A stretch of 64,000 nucleotides of DNA from Bdellovibrionales bacterium (GTDB taxonomy: Bacteria > Bdellovibrionota > Bdellovibrionia > Bdellovibrionales > UBA1609). Of this stretch, positions 30,475-39,937 are shown piece after piece (the stretch's first letter is position 1; each line of letters opens with the position of its first letter). Location: assembly GCA_965261545.1 (NCBI GenBank), contig CBDHDF010000010.1, positions 224,001-288,000 of the forward strand, read 5' to 3'. Both the position numbers and the translations under genes were made by a program. The notes beneath the pieces are model-generated. The model was given only the letters and a program-made list of their open reading frames with translations, had not been told where the DNA came from and made no database searches.

Positions 30475-31194
30475 CTACAACGAAGACCACGGAATCACCC
30501 CTGTATCGGTGATCAGACTACCCTGGTCATCGATTTCAATAAAGGGGTTGTGATTGAGAGGCCAAGCGTTGAGAGCTACCAATAAGGCTTCTCGGTCCTC
30601 TCGTGCCACATAACTGGCAGCCCCCTTACCCAAAGCCTCTTCAAATTGAATATACAGTTCAGCAAGAAATTGACACCAGTGAGGCTCCTCGATGGAAGCT
30701 CCCGTACCCAAGTGACTCGTTATATGAGTGGCCATCTCAATATGCTGGGGATGGCTGTCAATATTCATACCCAAGCCAATAATAAGGCGGTGTTCAGGGC
30801 CCTGTTGAATAGTTTCCACCAAAAGCCCTGCCACTTTTTTGTCCACCAAAAATAAATCATTGGGAGCTTTGAGACTCCACTTGAGGTTGGGCCACACCTC
30901 TTGGCAACTCTTAAAAAGAGCCAAGCCAACCAAAGGGGCCATAATATGCTGAGGGGGAGAGGACATTTTGTAAGACCATGAACTTAGAAAATTTCCCTCT
31001 GTATCTTCCCAAGAATTTATACAACGTCCACGCCCATGACTTTGTTGGTTGGCCAAATAAAGCTTAAAGTCGGATTTGGTCTGAAAGGCTTCTCTTCGAG
31101 CAATGTCATTGGTACTTGTTGTCGTTTCTCGAAACCACAGGCTCCAACCTTTGCTTCGAGCCCAAGCCATGGTGACTTTAGAAGTGTATTTCAT
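30475..31194 (-). CDS. birA: Biotin-protein ligase (no HTH)
   Basis: STND, Q..GRGR..NSW, LKAPND, KVAGLLVE, GLGMN. Confidence 0.9.
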   Translation of the reverse strand: MKYTSKVTMAWARSKGWSLWFRETTTSTNDIARREAFQTKSDFKLYLANQQSHGRGRCINSWEDTEGNFLSSWSYKMSSPPQHIMAPLVGLALFKSCQEVWPNLKWSLKAPNDLFLVDKKVAGLLVETIQQGPEHRLIIGLGMNIDSHPQHIEMATHITSHLGTGASIEEPHWCQFLAELYIQFEEALGKGAASYVAREDREALLVALNAWPLNHNPFIEIDDQGSLITDTGVIPWSSL

Positions 31195-32093
31195 AGAGAG
31201 GAATTTTCTCCATTATAAAGGTGATTGCTAAGATTATTGGAGCCATGGGAATTATGATAGCTATCAAAGCCGCCATAATTATCAAATTGCAAACTAAAAT
31301 CGGCACAGGGTGCCGAATGTGTGAGGGCTCCCACACTGATATAGTGAATACCTAAATCGGCGACACTGCGAACTCGCTCAATGGTCATATTACCGCTGGC
31401 CTCCAAAGTGATTTCGGCGGGAATCTTTCTAACACATTCCAACATTTCCCCATTGGACATGTTGTCCAAAAGAAGCCTTGTGGCCCCAGCTTCCACGGCC
31501 TCTTGAGCATCGAAAAGGCTTGTTACCTCCACTTCAATGGGGTGAATTTTTTTTTCTTTGACCTTTTGAACGGCCTTGTAAATACCTCCAGCCAAATCAA
31601 TATGGTTTTCTTTAATAAGGACAGTCTCACTAAGGTGAAGTCGGTGATTGCATCCTCCGCCATGACGAACAGCTCGTTTTTCTAGAGACCTATACCCAGG
31701 AGTGGTCTTGCGAGTGTCCAAAATTTGACACTGGGTTCCATCCACTTCCTTCACGAAGCAGTAGGTGAGACTCGCAATACCTGAGAGATGGCCTAGAAAA
31801 TTAAGAGCCACCCTTTCGGTTTGGAGAAGGGAGACAAGGTTTCCATAAATAATCGCCACCACTTGATCTCTATAAGCCATTTGACCATCTTCAAAACTCC
31901 ATTGAACTTGGGCTTTGGGGTCGAGGTGAAGGACTGTTTGTGTAAATAACTCCCTGCCCGACAGGATAATATCCTCCTTAGCCAACAGGCGAGCCGAGCC
32001 CATTTTTTGAAAAATATCTAGAGCCTGAGTGGTTACATCGACATGGGGGCAGTCTTCTCGAAGAGCGGAATTAATAAATTCTTTAAGGATCAC
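31191..32093 (-). CDS. nadC: Quinolinate phosphoribosyltransferase
   Basis: ERVALNFL, DTRKTTPG, NHR, KENH, EVEV, LLDN, EASG, SVGALTHSA. Confidence 0.95.
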   Translation of the reverse strand: MILKEFINSALREDCPHVDVTTQALDIFQKMGSARLLAKEDIILSGRELFTQTVLHLDPKAQVQWSFEDGQMAYRDQVVAIIYGNLVSLLQTERVALNFLGHLSGIASLTYCFVKEVDGTQCQILDTRKTTPGYRSLEKRAVRHGGGCNHRLHLSETVLIKENHIDLAGGIYKAVQKVKEKKIHPIEVEVTSLFDAQEAVEAGATRLLLDNMSNGEMLECVRKIPAEITLEASGNMTIERVRSVADLGIHYISVGALTHSAPCADFSLQFDNYGGFDSYHNSHGSNNLSNHLYNGENSSL

Positions 32094-33947
32094 CTAAGAC
32101 CCTTTATGCGCTTCAAGGAGACGTTGAAGTTCTTTTTCAATCATTTGAGTGGCAAGGTCGGGGACAACCCTCCGAACCACAGCCTCAAGCATTTCTTGAG
32201 ATTGAGCTCGAATAATTTCTTCGAGCTTGTCTTCACTAAGTTGTTCGACTTTGGATTCCTTTTGTTTGGATTTCTGCTGATGGTGGTCCACAGCCGCACG
32301 CCTGCCCATAACCTGAACCTCTGCCCCCCCAATCGTCGCTTCGCTTTCTAGGGAAGATACCTGAGTAGGAGCTAGGGGAGACACCTGAGTGGGAGCTAGA
32401 GAAGATACCTGAGATACCTGAGTAGGAGCTAGAGAAGATACCTTTGCCACATGATCGCCTTGTTGACGGTGAGGCTGCGGATATGGGGATTCTTGCTCTT
32501 GCTGAATCTTTCCCAACTGGGGCCCCTTAGAAGACGGAATAATGTAGTTCAAAGGTAGACTTTCATAGGAGTCCTCTTCACTCTGAGAGTCAGGATCCAT
32601 ATCAAAATCCACTTTGAATCTACTTAAGTCTTTGCCTTGATCTAAAGATGGATTTTCTATGGAACTTGCTTCCCTGGAAGTGTGATTCGACATACTCCCG
32701 GTAGCCCTAGAAGCTTGACCCAAGGACATTTCTCTAAATCCTGAAGAGTCTTCTTCACCTTCTCGACTCTCACCAAAATTAGACCTCTCGGCCTCTCCAT
32801 GACCAACCTCTCCATAAATACTTGCCACCGCTGTGCCCCCCATACCAGGACCAGGACCAGGACCAGGAGATCCAGCATCCAAGGACAGTTCGATAAAATC
32901 AGAGCTGTCCTCCTCTTCATGGGTGCCCTCGTTAGGGGCAATCTCAACATGATCTAAACCATAAATACTTGCCACCGCTGTGCCCATACCAGGACCAGGA
33001 GATCCAGCATCCAAGGGCAGTTCGATAAAATCAGAGCTGTCCTCCTCTTCATGGGTGCCCTCGCTATGGGCAATCTCAACATGATCTAAACCATGAATAC
33101 TTGCCACCGCTGTGCCCATACCAGGAGATCCAGCATCCAAGGGCAGTTCGATAAAATCAGAGATGTCCTCCTCTTCATGGGTGCCCTCGCTATGGGCAAT
33201 CTCAACATGATCTAAACCATGGCGGCCACCCTCTAGGCGCAGTTCTTCAAAGTCGGGTATATCGCCTTCAAAACTCTTAGGATCAAACTCATTAAACTCA
33301 GACTCGTTAAATTCAAACTTATTAGATTGAGGCTCGTTAGATTGAGGCTCATTAAATTCAAATTCGTTAGATTTAGATTTAAAAGTCAACTGGTGAGAAA
33401 AAGATTGTGCTGACACCTCAGATTCCATAGACCTTACAAGCTCCTTCTTATGTCGTTTTCTAGGACCTTTCTGGGATAAATGAGTCCTCGAATTGAGAGG
33501 TGGAGGAGTTGAGGCTTCGTAGTCCATAGTCTCTGGTAAAGTAGGAAAAGTCAAATAAGACGACAGGGCTTGAGACCTGGTTTTTGGCACCAAACTCTTT
33601 ACCATTCGACGGAGGGTATCCACTTCAAAGGGCTTTTCCAGCTTGGCGTTGGCCAAGCAGCCTTGAAACTTATCCTCATCAATATCCATGAACTCACTGC
33701 ACATCAAAACCACGGGTATGGCTTTCAGTGCCTGAGAGGACTTAAGACTTGAACTCACGTCATAGCCATTTTTTTTTTGCAAAAGTATATCGGCAAAAAC
33801 AATATCTGGGGCCAACTTCTTGGTCACGGGCTCAACGTCCAAACCTGTATTTACTGAATGCACCTCGGCAGCATAGTCCTTAAGGGCAAGTTGAAAAACC
33901 TTCTTAATGGTGGGGCTCTCATCAGCGAGCAAGACGCACAAAGCCAT
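32094..33947 (-). CDS. romR: RomR-like polarity response regulator
   Basis: N-terminal receiver (LLADES.TIKKV), long acidic/Pro linker, C-terminal helix motif EAVVRRVVPDLATQMIEKELQRLL; nadC-birA context. Confidence 0.75.
   Translation of the reverse strand: MALCVLLADESPTIKKVFQLALKDYAAEVHSVNTGLDVEPVTKKLAPDIVFADILLQKKNGYDVSSSLKSSQALKAIPVVLMCSEFMDIDEDKFQGCLANAKLEKPFEVDTLRRMVKSLVPKTRSQALSSYLTFPTLPETMDYEASTPPPLNSRTHLSQKGPRKRHKKELVRSMESEVSAQSFSHQLTFKSKSNEFEFNEPQSNEPQSNKFEFNESEFNEFDPKSFEGDIPDFEELRLEGGRHGLDHVEIAHSEGTHEEEDISDFIELPLDAGSPGMGTAVASIHGLDHVEIAHSEGTHEEEDSSDFIELPLDAGSPGPGMGTAVASIYGLDHVEIAPNEGTHEEEDSSDFIELSLDAGSPGPGPGPGMGGTAVASIYGEVGHGEAERSNFGESREGEEDSSGFREMSLGQASRATGSMSNHTSREASSIENPSLDQGKDLSRFKVDFDMDPDSQSEEDSYESLPLNYIIPSSKGPQLGKIQQEQESPYPQPHRQQGDHVAKVSSLAPTQVSQVSSLAPTQVSPLAPTQVSSLESEATIGGAEVQVMGRRAAVDHHQQKSKQKESKVEQLSEDKLEEIIRAQSQEMLEAVVRRVVPDLATQMIEKELQRLLEAHKGS
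32814..33218 (-). repeat. Three coding tandem repeats (42, 44, 49 aa) in the RomR linker
   Basis: GLDHVEIA..EGTHEEED.SDFIEL.LDAGS(PG)nMG(G)TAVASI. Confidence 0.92.
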
Positions 33948-34024
33948 GCCTTAGTAAACGCCTTTAGTAACATTCAGTCAAGTCGGATTGACGATATCAC
34001 CTAAGACCTTTATCTTGACATATA

Positions 34025-35107
34025 ATGTTATCAATCATAGATCGTCACATAGTCAAACTTTTCCTTGGGTTCTTTCTTGCCGGGCTCACCACCTTTGTGA
34101 CCATTGTACTTGCCGCTGACTTTATCCACCGCTTCATCCGCTACAGTGATGTGGAGGAAGAGGTCTTCCTGCGCTTTTACATCTACTGGCTGCCTGAAAT
34201 CCTGGTTCAAATGATTCCCCTCGCTTGCCTCGTGGGAGCCATTTTTACATTTTCTACACTCCACCGGTCCAATGAACTGGTGGCTCTTTTAGGAATGGGT
34301 CATCGCCTCACAAGAGTGGCTGCTCCAGCCCTTATGATCGTCTCCCTCCTCTCCACTTTCTCTTTTTGGATGAGTGATCGCATTGTCCCCATGTCGTCAA
34401 AGAAAAAAAATTATGTCAAATATGTAGAAATCAAAAAGCGTCCAGGACTATATGTCACCGTGAAAACCAATAAGATTTGGTATAAATCAGGATCGATCTT
34501 ATTCAACATAAAAACTCTCAATCCAAGTGATTCTACGGCTCAAGGTCTCACCATGTATTATATGGATAAAGATGACTGGAAATTGATCCAACAAATTCAA
34601 GCTCGCTTCGTTAAGATTCGCAATGGCCTTTGGGAACTCCACAATGGATTCATCACCCACTTTAAAGAAGGGGCAAGCTTTCCTGAGATCAAACCCTTTG
34701 AAAAAAAAGAAATCACCATGGGAGAAGAACTTCACAATATTCAATCTTCCACCAATGCCTTTGAGATCATGACTTTAAAGCAGTTGGATCAATTTATTAA
34801 GCGTCACAAAGAGGCAGGACTTGATACCTTAAGTTACGAAGTCAATTATCACCAAAGATTTGCATTTGCGTTTATCGCCCTTATTTTTGTCTTGCTAAGT
34901 ATCCCTCTAAGTATGAGTCAGAAAAGATCTGGGGGGACCTTTGCCAGTGTCGCACTTTGCATTGCCTTGGCCCTAGTCTACTGGATTGTGTTTAAATTTT
35001 CACTGGCTCTTGGACAAAGTGGTACGGTCCCTCCGATGATCAGTGCCTGGGCCCCCAATGTATTGTTTTTAACGACCTCCCTTTATCTTTTTAACAAGCG
35101 TTCTTAG
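34025..35107 (+). CDS. lptG: LPS export permease LptG (LptF/G family)
   Basis: IDRHI, SNELVAL, 3+3 TM layout with periplasmic beta domain, AWAPN. Confidence 0.85.
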   Translation: MLSIIDRHIVKLFLGFFLAGLTTFVTIVLAADFIHRFIRYSDVEEEVFLRFYIYWLPEILVQMIPLACLVGAIFTFSTLHRSNELVALLGMGHRLTRVAAPALMIVSLLSTFSFWMSDRIVPMSSKKKNYVKYVEIKKRPGLYVTVKTNKIWYKSGSILFNIKTLNPSDSTAQGLTMYYMDKDDWKLIQQIQARFVKIRNGLWELHNGFITHFKEGASFPEIKPFEKKEITMGEELHNIQSSTNAFEIMTLKQLDQFIKRHKEAGLDTLSYEVNYHQRFAFAFIALIFVLLSIPLSMSQKRSGGTFASVALCIALALVYWIVFKFSLALGQSGTVPPMISAWAPNVLFLTTSLYLFNKRS

Positions 35108-35158
35108 CTGTCCAAATAAAAAACAAAAATAATATGTTTCAACCTACTGAATAATTAC

Positions 35159-35896
35159 CTAAAATTTATGTTTTTCTTGTAAGATCTCGTTGAGAGAGAG
35201 TTGTGTGAGTTTTTTAATGCCTCGAATAAGGTACCAAAGGTTGAAAATCATAATAAAAGTAAGTGGAAGGGCAATGACGACATAGCCCATCCATGTCATC
35301 TTTGAAACTTGTGCGTTGAGGATAGCCGCTTTCTCAGTGCTTGAAATTGCGGGATCAATATCTTGGAAAATCCACATTGCTAAAATAAAATTTAAAAAGC
35401 TACTTAGAAAAAAGGAAAGTGCAAAAATCAGTGTGGAATTTTTAAACAATGTTTTCAATTGACGTGTTTTTCCATTTTCCTCAATGGACTGGTGAATTAA
35501 GTGAATGTTGAGTATATTGCTGGCGATGAGATCGATCAGTGGTTTTTTGGTGTAGGCAGAGATCAAAACAGCAATTCCGATGAGAAGGGGAAAGAGAGCC
35601 TCCTTAACGGCAAACCAGATGCCTTCAAGTTGTAGCAAGGCGAGGCCTCCTGTGGCCACAATATTTATACACCCGAATAAAGAAAGTAGGTTTTTTTGTT
35701 GATTTTTATAGTAATCAAACAGTCCGTAGACTATGGGGAGAGAGAGGGCGAGCAAGAGGGTATACAAAGGACCATGATCTCCCCCCCATTTATCTGTGAG
35801 TTTATTCAAGATAATAACAGGTAAGAGAATATTAAAGAGAATACTAAGAATACTGGCCAAGGGGCTTTCTTTCGATGAAGATGAATTTGTGGACAT
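35159..35896 (-). CDS. VC0807-like integral membrane protein
   Basis: FNILLPVIIL, WFAVKEA..P, FFLSS.LNFILA; multiple TMs. Confidence 0.65.
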   Translation of the reverse strand: MSTNSSSSKESPLASILSILFNILLPVIILNKLTDKWGGDHGPLYTLLLALSLPIVYGLFDYYKNQQKNLLSLFGCINIVATGGLALLQLEGIWFAVKEALFPLLIGIAVLISAYTKKPLIDLIASNILNIHLIHQSIEENGKTRQLKTLFKNSTLIFALSFFLSSFLNFILAMWIFQDIDPAISSTEKAAILNAQVSKMTWMGYVVIALPLTFIMIFNLWYLIRGIKKLTQLSLNEILQEKHKF

Positions 35897-35984
35897 TGGA
35901 TATCTCGCTATAGCTTTTTATTCTTAACTTGGTGATTTGATAAGCTCGCTCATAGGGTATATCCTAGATTGCTTCCGTGCTTTT

Positions 35985-38900
35985 TCATAGGCTTTTCCAG
36001 CGACAAATACGAACATCTTGGTTTAAAGGTCTGTCTCGAGCCACCAGCCCCATGAATCTTGGCGCCCCGTCTTGGGTTTGCTGATGATCCACCAGGCCCT
36101 GCTCCTGTCTTTGAGCTTGATCGGCGTGATCGATTTGATTCTTAGACTCAAAATAACTTTGCAGGGCTCCATCTTCCGCACTGAGGCTGCAATGGTACCA
36201 GGATTCAAGAAAAAATCTACGCACAGAGTGTTCGGCCCAATCCACGGGGCCCACCCTGTAGCATTCCCCTAGGGTGGGAGCCCAGGGGATGGCTTCCCCA
36301 CCATGTCCATCATCAGATTCATAGTCTTGGCCATATGTATGTGAGCGACTGGAGTTCTTTTTGAGCGAGGGAACCCCCAGTTGAGAGTAGTAAAAGGCAC
36401 CATCTTGGGGCGGTGCTGAACATCGCTCTAGGGGCCGGGGGAAGAGGCGATGGTCCACCCTGTGACCCTGGTCTGAAGAAAGACTGACATTATTTTTGAT
36501 AAACAGCCTTACAAAGGCCAACTCTCCCGCAGAAAGTTTTTGAGAGTCGCAGGTTTTATTCTTTAAGGGCCTTAGAGCCTCCAGGTTTCCAAGACTTGCC
36601 CAAACGGGGTCGTAGGTGAGGGTGGTGTCCATTTTGTCATAGATTGGTAAATCATGGCGCAAATCTTTTTCTTTAGAAAATCCACCTTTTATATCTTCTA
36701 GATTTGTTCTTGGGGGGACCTTTTGCAATTCGTCGCCCACCACTCTACGGGTATAAAAGGTCTCAATCTTTTTCCTAACGAGGTAATCTTGGGCCTGATC
36801 CACGTCCCTTTTTTTCAGAAGGCATAGCCTGTCTTCTTTTTTCAAAGAGATCTTTTGCCGACCCAATATCTCGGAGAGCCCACCATATTTTTGAAAAGCT
36901 CCACTGTGGGTCATCACCTTGATAAAATCCACGGCATCTCGTCCTTGGGGAAGTTGAAGGGTCATATTTTTTTCTCTGTAGGAGGCTTTCTCCATTTTGA
37001 GCCTTTCACTTAAAAGAACCTTGGAAACTTCTTCCCAAAACTTAGGTTTTGAAGAGTAGTGGTTGTACACAGTTCCACCGAGGAAGTGGGCCCAAGAAAA
37101 TGGGGCCACTTTATGGTCTATGCTGATTCGATAGGGTTCAACATTTTTTAGGGAGAGAATCTCTTGGATTTTTCTTTTATCCCCAATGGAGAGAATCAAG
37201 CTCAAGGGAAGCATGTTGTGCAATACAAATTGCTTGGGTTTTAGGCGGGCCCCACGGCCCGCAAAGGCCATGGAGGTGTGCTCTCCTGGAAACAAGTTCA
37301 TGATTTTGGAAAGGCCACTGAGGAGAGAACCCCAGTCTGTTTTTTCAACGCTCTCACTTAGGGGCTGGGACTTGTTGGGCTTGGATTGGATCGAAGGCGA
37401 TGGGGGAGGGTGGGATGAAGAAGATGAGGGCGGGTTCGAAGATGCTTCATGCAGGCTGTAAACTGCTGTTATGTAGTCCCAAACAAAGCTCACCTCTATT
37501 GCTTTGAGTCCAAAGGCTGAAAACTCACTGAAGCTCCCGTGGGCAGCTTGGGAAGCTTCACTGGGATTCGCCATGGGAAGGGTGTACCGGTGGGTGGGGA
37601 GTTTTCTGCCGGTCCACTCCATATACTCCACAATATCATGGACCACATCCAGGTCTATTTTTTTGGATCTCACAAAGTGAAAGTGATGGGAGAGGAGGCT
37701 TAAAATCTCAATGGTCTCCATGGACTCCAAGGGAGAGGGGTGAGAGGATAAAAAGAGAGGAGCCGGGCCGGCCTGTTTCCACTCTCCACGCCACAGTCGC
37801 TCCAGAGTGTTTTTGAAGGCTTGAACTCCAAAGGGGGTGTTGAAGGGCACTTGCTTCTCCCGGAGAAAGGTCAGTAGAGCCCAAGCTTCTTCTTCGGAGG
37901 GGGAGTGGACCACGGCGGCCAAAACGGCGGAAGTCTGTTCCCCAGGGTCATATTTGGCTTTGGTTTTGGTTGCCACCATTAAACTTAGTAGAGGGGCTCC
38001 TCCGACTTCGATGGCATAGGCAAAGATATCTTTGGGCAAAATTTGAGAAGAGACTCTGACTATGGCTTCCATGAGCTTTTTCTTTTGAGCCTGTCTGAAG
38101 GAACTTCTTAAAATAAACTTGATGCTTTCTTCGGATCTATCTTCACTTTTTGCACAAAAGTGATAAAGATGTCCCATCACATTTTTAATCTTTTTTATGT
38201 CATAGTTTTTGCCCTCAATGGCTTTTAAGAGTTGCAAAAGACTTTCATCCAAATTCAATTTTGGAATATTGGCATTCAGATTGGGGGCATTGGCATTTAA
38301 TTTTGGAACAACGGTCACGGGAGTCTGCCAAAGGTCAAATACACGGGATATCAGGTCAAGGTTGTCAATGCCTTGTTTGACTTTGGAGAAGAAAAGATGA
38401 AAAAGTCTTTGTCCAAACTGCTTTTTTTTCTGGGGATTGCTTTTACTTTTTAAAACCTCGCGGGCCAGGGTTTCCCACTGGCGGCGCTGGAAAAAGTCTT
38501 GGGACCTGATAGTGTCCATATATATTTCCATATGACTGTGATCCAAGGGAATCACTTGGTCCAAACCGTTGATGATCTGAAGTTTGACATTCATCCAAGT
38601 GATGGAATCTTTATCTTTGTTTGAAATATTCATCATGGATGGAATGGCTTTTCCATAATCAATGTAAAGGGGGACTAGTTTATAAAATAGGGTGGGATTG
38701 TTGACCATAGTGGAGAGCACTTGGAAGCTCTTCACATGGTTTTTCAAATAATCTTCACGGGCAAGGGCATGGCGAATATTAGGGTTGTTGACCTGTCCCT
38801 CTGAGGTTGAATCCCTGGTATAGGAGGCATAGGCATTGGTGCTGACATTGGCATAGGATTGAGTGTAGGGGGCAATGCCAAGGAATATCAACTCAACATA

Positions 38901-39581
38901 CTGATTGAGAGCTTCACTTTGAGCATACAGATGACTTTGAGTATGCATATTGTTTATATTGCTTTGAGTGTCCATATCACTACCAATATCACTCTGAGTG
39001 AGTTCGCCCTCCTCACGGCCCTTGTTCTCCTTGGAGTGTCTATGGGCCATAAACTGCAAGGGAGTCATGTGGCTGTCCCCCACCTTCAAGTCAATGGGCA
39101 AATAGTGCTTCTTGGTGAGAGTAAAGGCTGCTTTGTAGTCGCCTTGAAGGAGATGGGTTTCTAGAAGATTTTCGTATTTTTGAGATGCTTCCTTAAATAT
39201 TCTTATCATGTCCCTTTCGGTGGTGTTAATCATCTCTAGGGCATGGAAACCTTTTTTGTTCCCATGGGGTTGGTATATTTTAGCCCCAGCTTTAATAAGC
39301 TTTTCTGCAAAGTTGGAATTGCGAGATTGTACAGCACGCATTAAAGGTGTGTAACCTTCGGGATCGTAGACATTAAAGTCAGCTTTTTGTTGAACCAGGC
39401 GATTTATGGATTGAATATCTTCTGTTTGAATGGCTTCAAAAACTTCTTTGGTCACAGCCTCTTTGGTTTTCTTTTTCTCTTTCAAAGCAGAGCACCCAAG
39501 GGATATTCCTAGAAAGCCTATGAGCAAGAACTCAAGGGTGAGTCCCATCCATTTAAATTTCCATACAATTTTGTTTTCCAC
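35985..39581 (-). CDS. Large ankyrin-repeat lipoprotein (paralog of 3950-7042)
   Basis: SLGC lipobox-like motif, DPEGYTPLMRA, ends CRWKSL. Confidence 0.75.
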   Translation of the reverse strand: MENKIVWKFKWMGLTLEFLLIGFLGISLGCSALKEKKKTKEAVTKEVFEAIQTEDIQSINRLVQQKADFNVYDPEGYTPLMRAVQSRNSNFAEKLIKAGAKIYQPHGNKKGFHALEMINTTERDMIRIFKEASQKYENLLETHLLQGDYKAAFTLTKKHYLPIDLKVGDSHMTPLQFMAHRHSKENKGREEGELTQSDIGSDMDTQSNINNMHTQSHLYAQSEALNQYVELIFLGIAPYTQSYANVSTNAYASYTRDSTSEGQVNNPNIRHALAREDYLKNHVKSFQVLSTMVNNPTLFYKLVPLYIDYGKAIPSMMNISNKDKDSITWMNVKLQIINGLDQVIPLDHSHMEIYMDTIRSQDFFQRRQWETLAREVLKSKSNPQKKKQFGQRLFHLFFSKVKQGIDNLDLISRVFDLWQTPVTVVPKLNANAPNLNANIPKLNLDESLLQLLKAIEGKNYDIKKIKNVMGHLYHFCAKSEDRSEESIKFILRSSFRQAQKKKLMEAIVRVSSQILPKDIFAYAIEVGGAPLLSLMVATKTKAKYDPGEQTSAVLAAVVHSPSEEEAWALLTFLREKQVPFNTPFGVQAFKNTLERLWRGEWKQAGPAPLFLSSHPSPLESMETIEILSLLSHHFHFVRSKKIDLDVVHDIVEYMEWTGRKLPTHRYTLPMANPSEASQAAHGSFSEFSAFGLKAIEVSFVWDYITAVYSLHEASSNPPSSSSSHPPPSPSIQSKPNKSQPLSESVEKTDWGSLLSGLSKIMNLFPGEHTSMAFAGRGARLKPKQFVLHNMLPLSLILSIGDKRKIQEILSLKNVEPYRISIDHKVAPFSWAHFLGGTVYNHYSSKPKFWEEVSKVLLSERLKMEKASYREKNMTLQLPQGRDAVDFIKVMTHSGAFQKYGGLSEILGRQKISLKKEDRLCLLKKRDVDQAQDYLVRKKIETFYTRRVVGDELQKVPPRTNLEDIKGGFSKEKDLRHDLPIYDKMDTTLTYDPVWASLGNLEALRPLKNKTCDSQKLSAGELAFVRLFIKNNVSLSSDQGHRVDHRLFPRPLERCSAPPQDGAFYYSQLGVPSLKKNSSRSHTYGQDYESDDGHGGEAIPWAPTLGECYRVGPVDWAEHSVRRFFLESWYHCSLSAEDGALQSYFESKNQIDHADQAQRQEQGLVDHQQTQDGAPRFMGLVARDRPLNQDVRICRWKSL

Positions 39582-39937
39582 GACCTTACTCCCTTTATGT
39601 AATCTTGCCCTTTACAACTTTGTTCTTCACGATTTTATACTTCAGAACTTATTGCCTTATGCTTCATAATTTTGCTCTTTGAGGAGGTTTATGAGAGTGA
39701 TAGAGAAGCATTCAGGCGTTTCCGACACGTGTAGTCGATTTTTTTCAATGGATCAATATTTTTCTGTATGTCCATCCAAAATTGGAAAAAATTTTAATCT
39801 GAGTGACAATTCTGCCCCTTCATCGCAGGTCATTAGAGAGGGCATTGACGCCCCCGTTCTTGGCTGTGCTCTCCCAGTGGTCTAAAGACATGACATAGCT
39901 ATGATATCACAGTGAAATATGATGAGGAGAGCATTCA

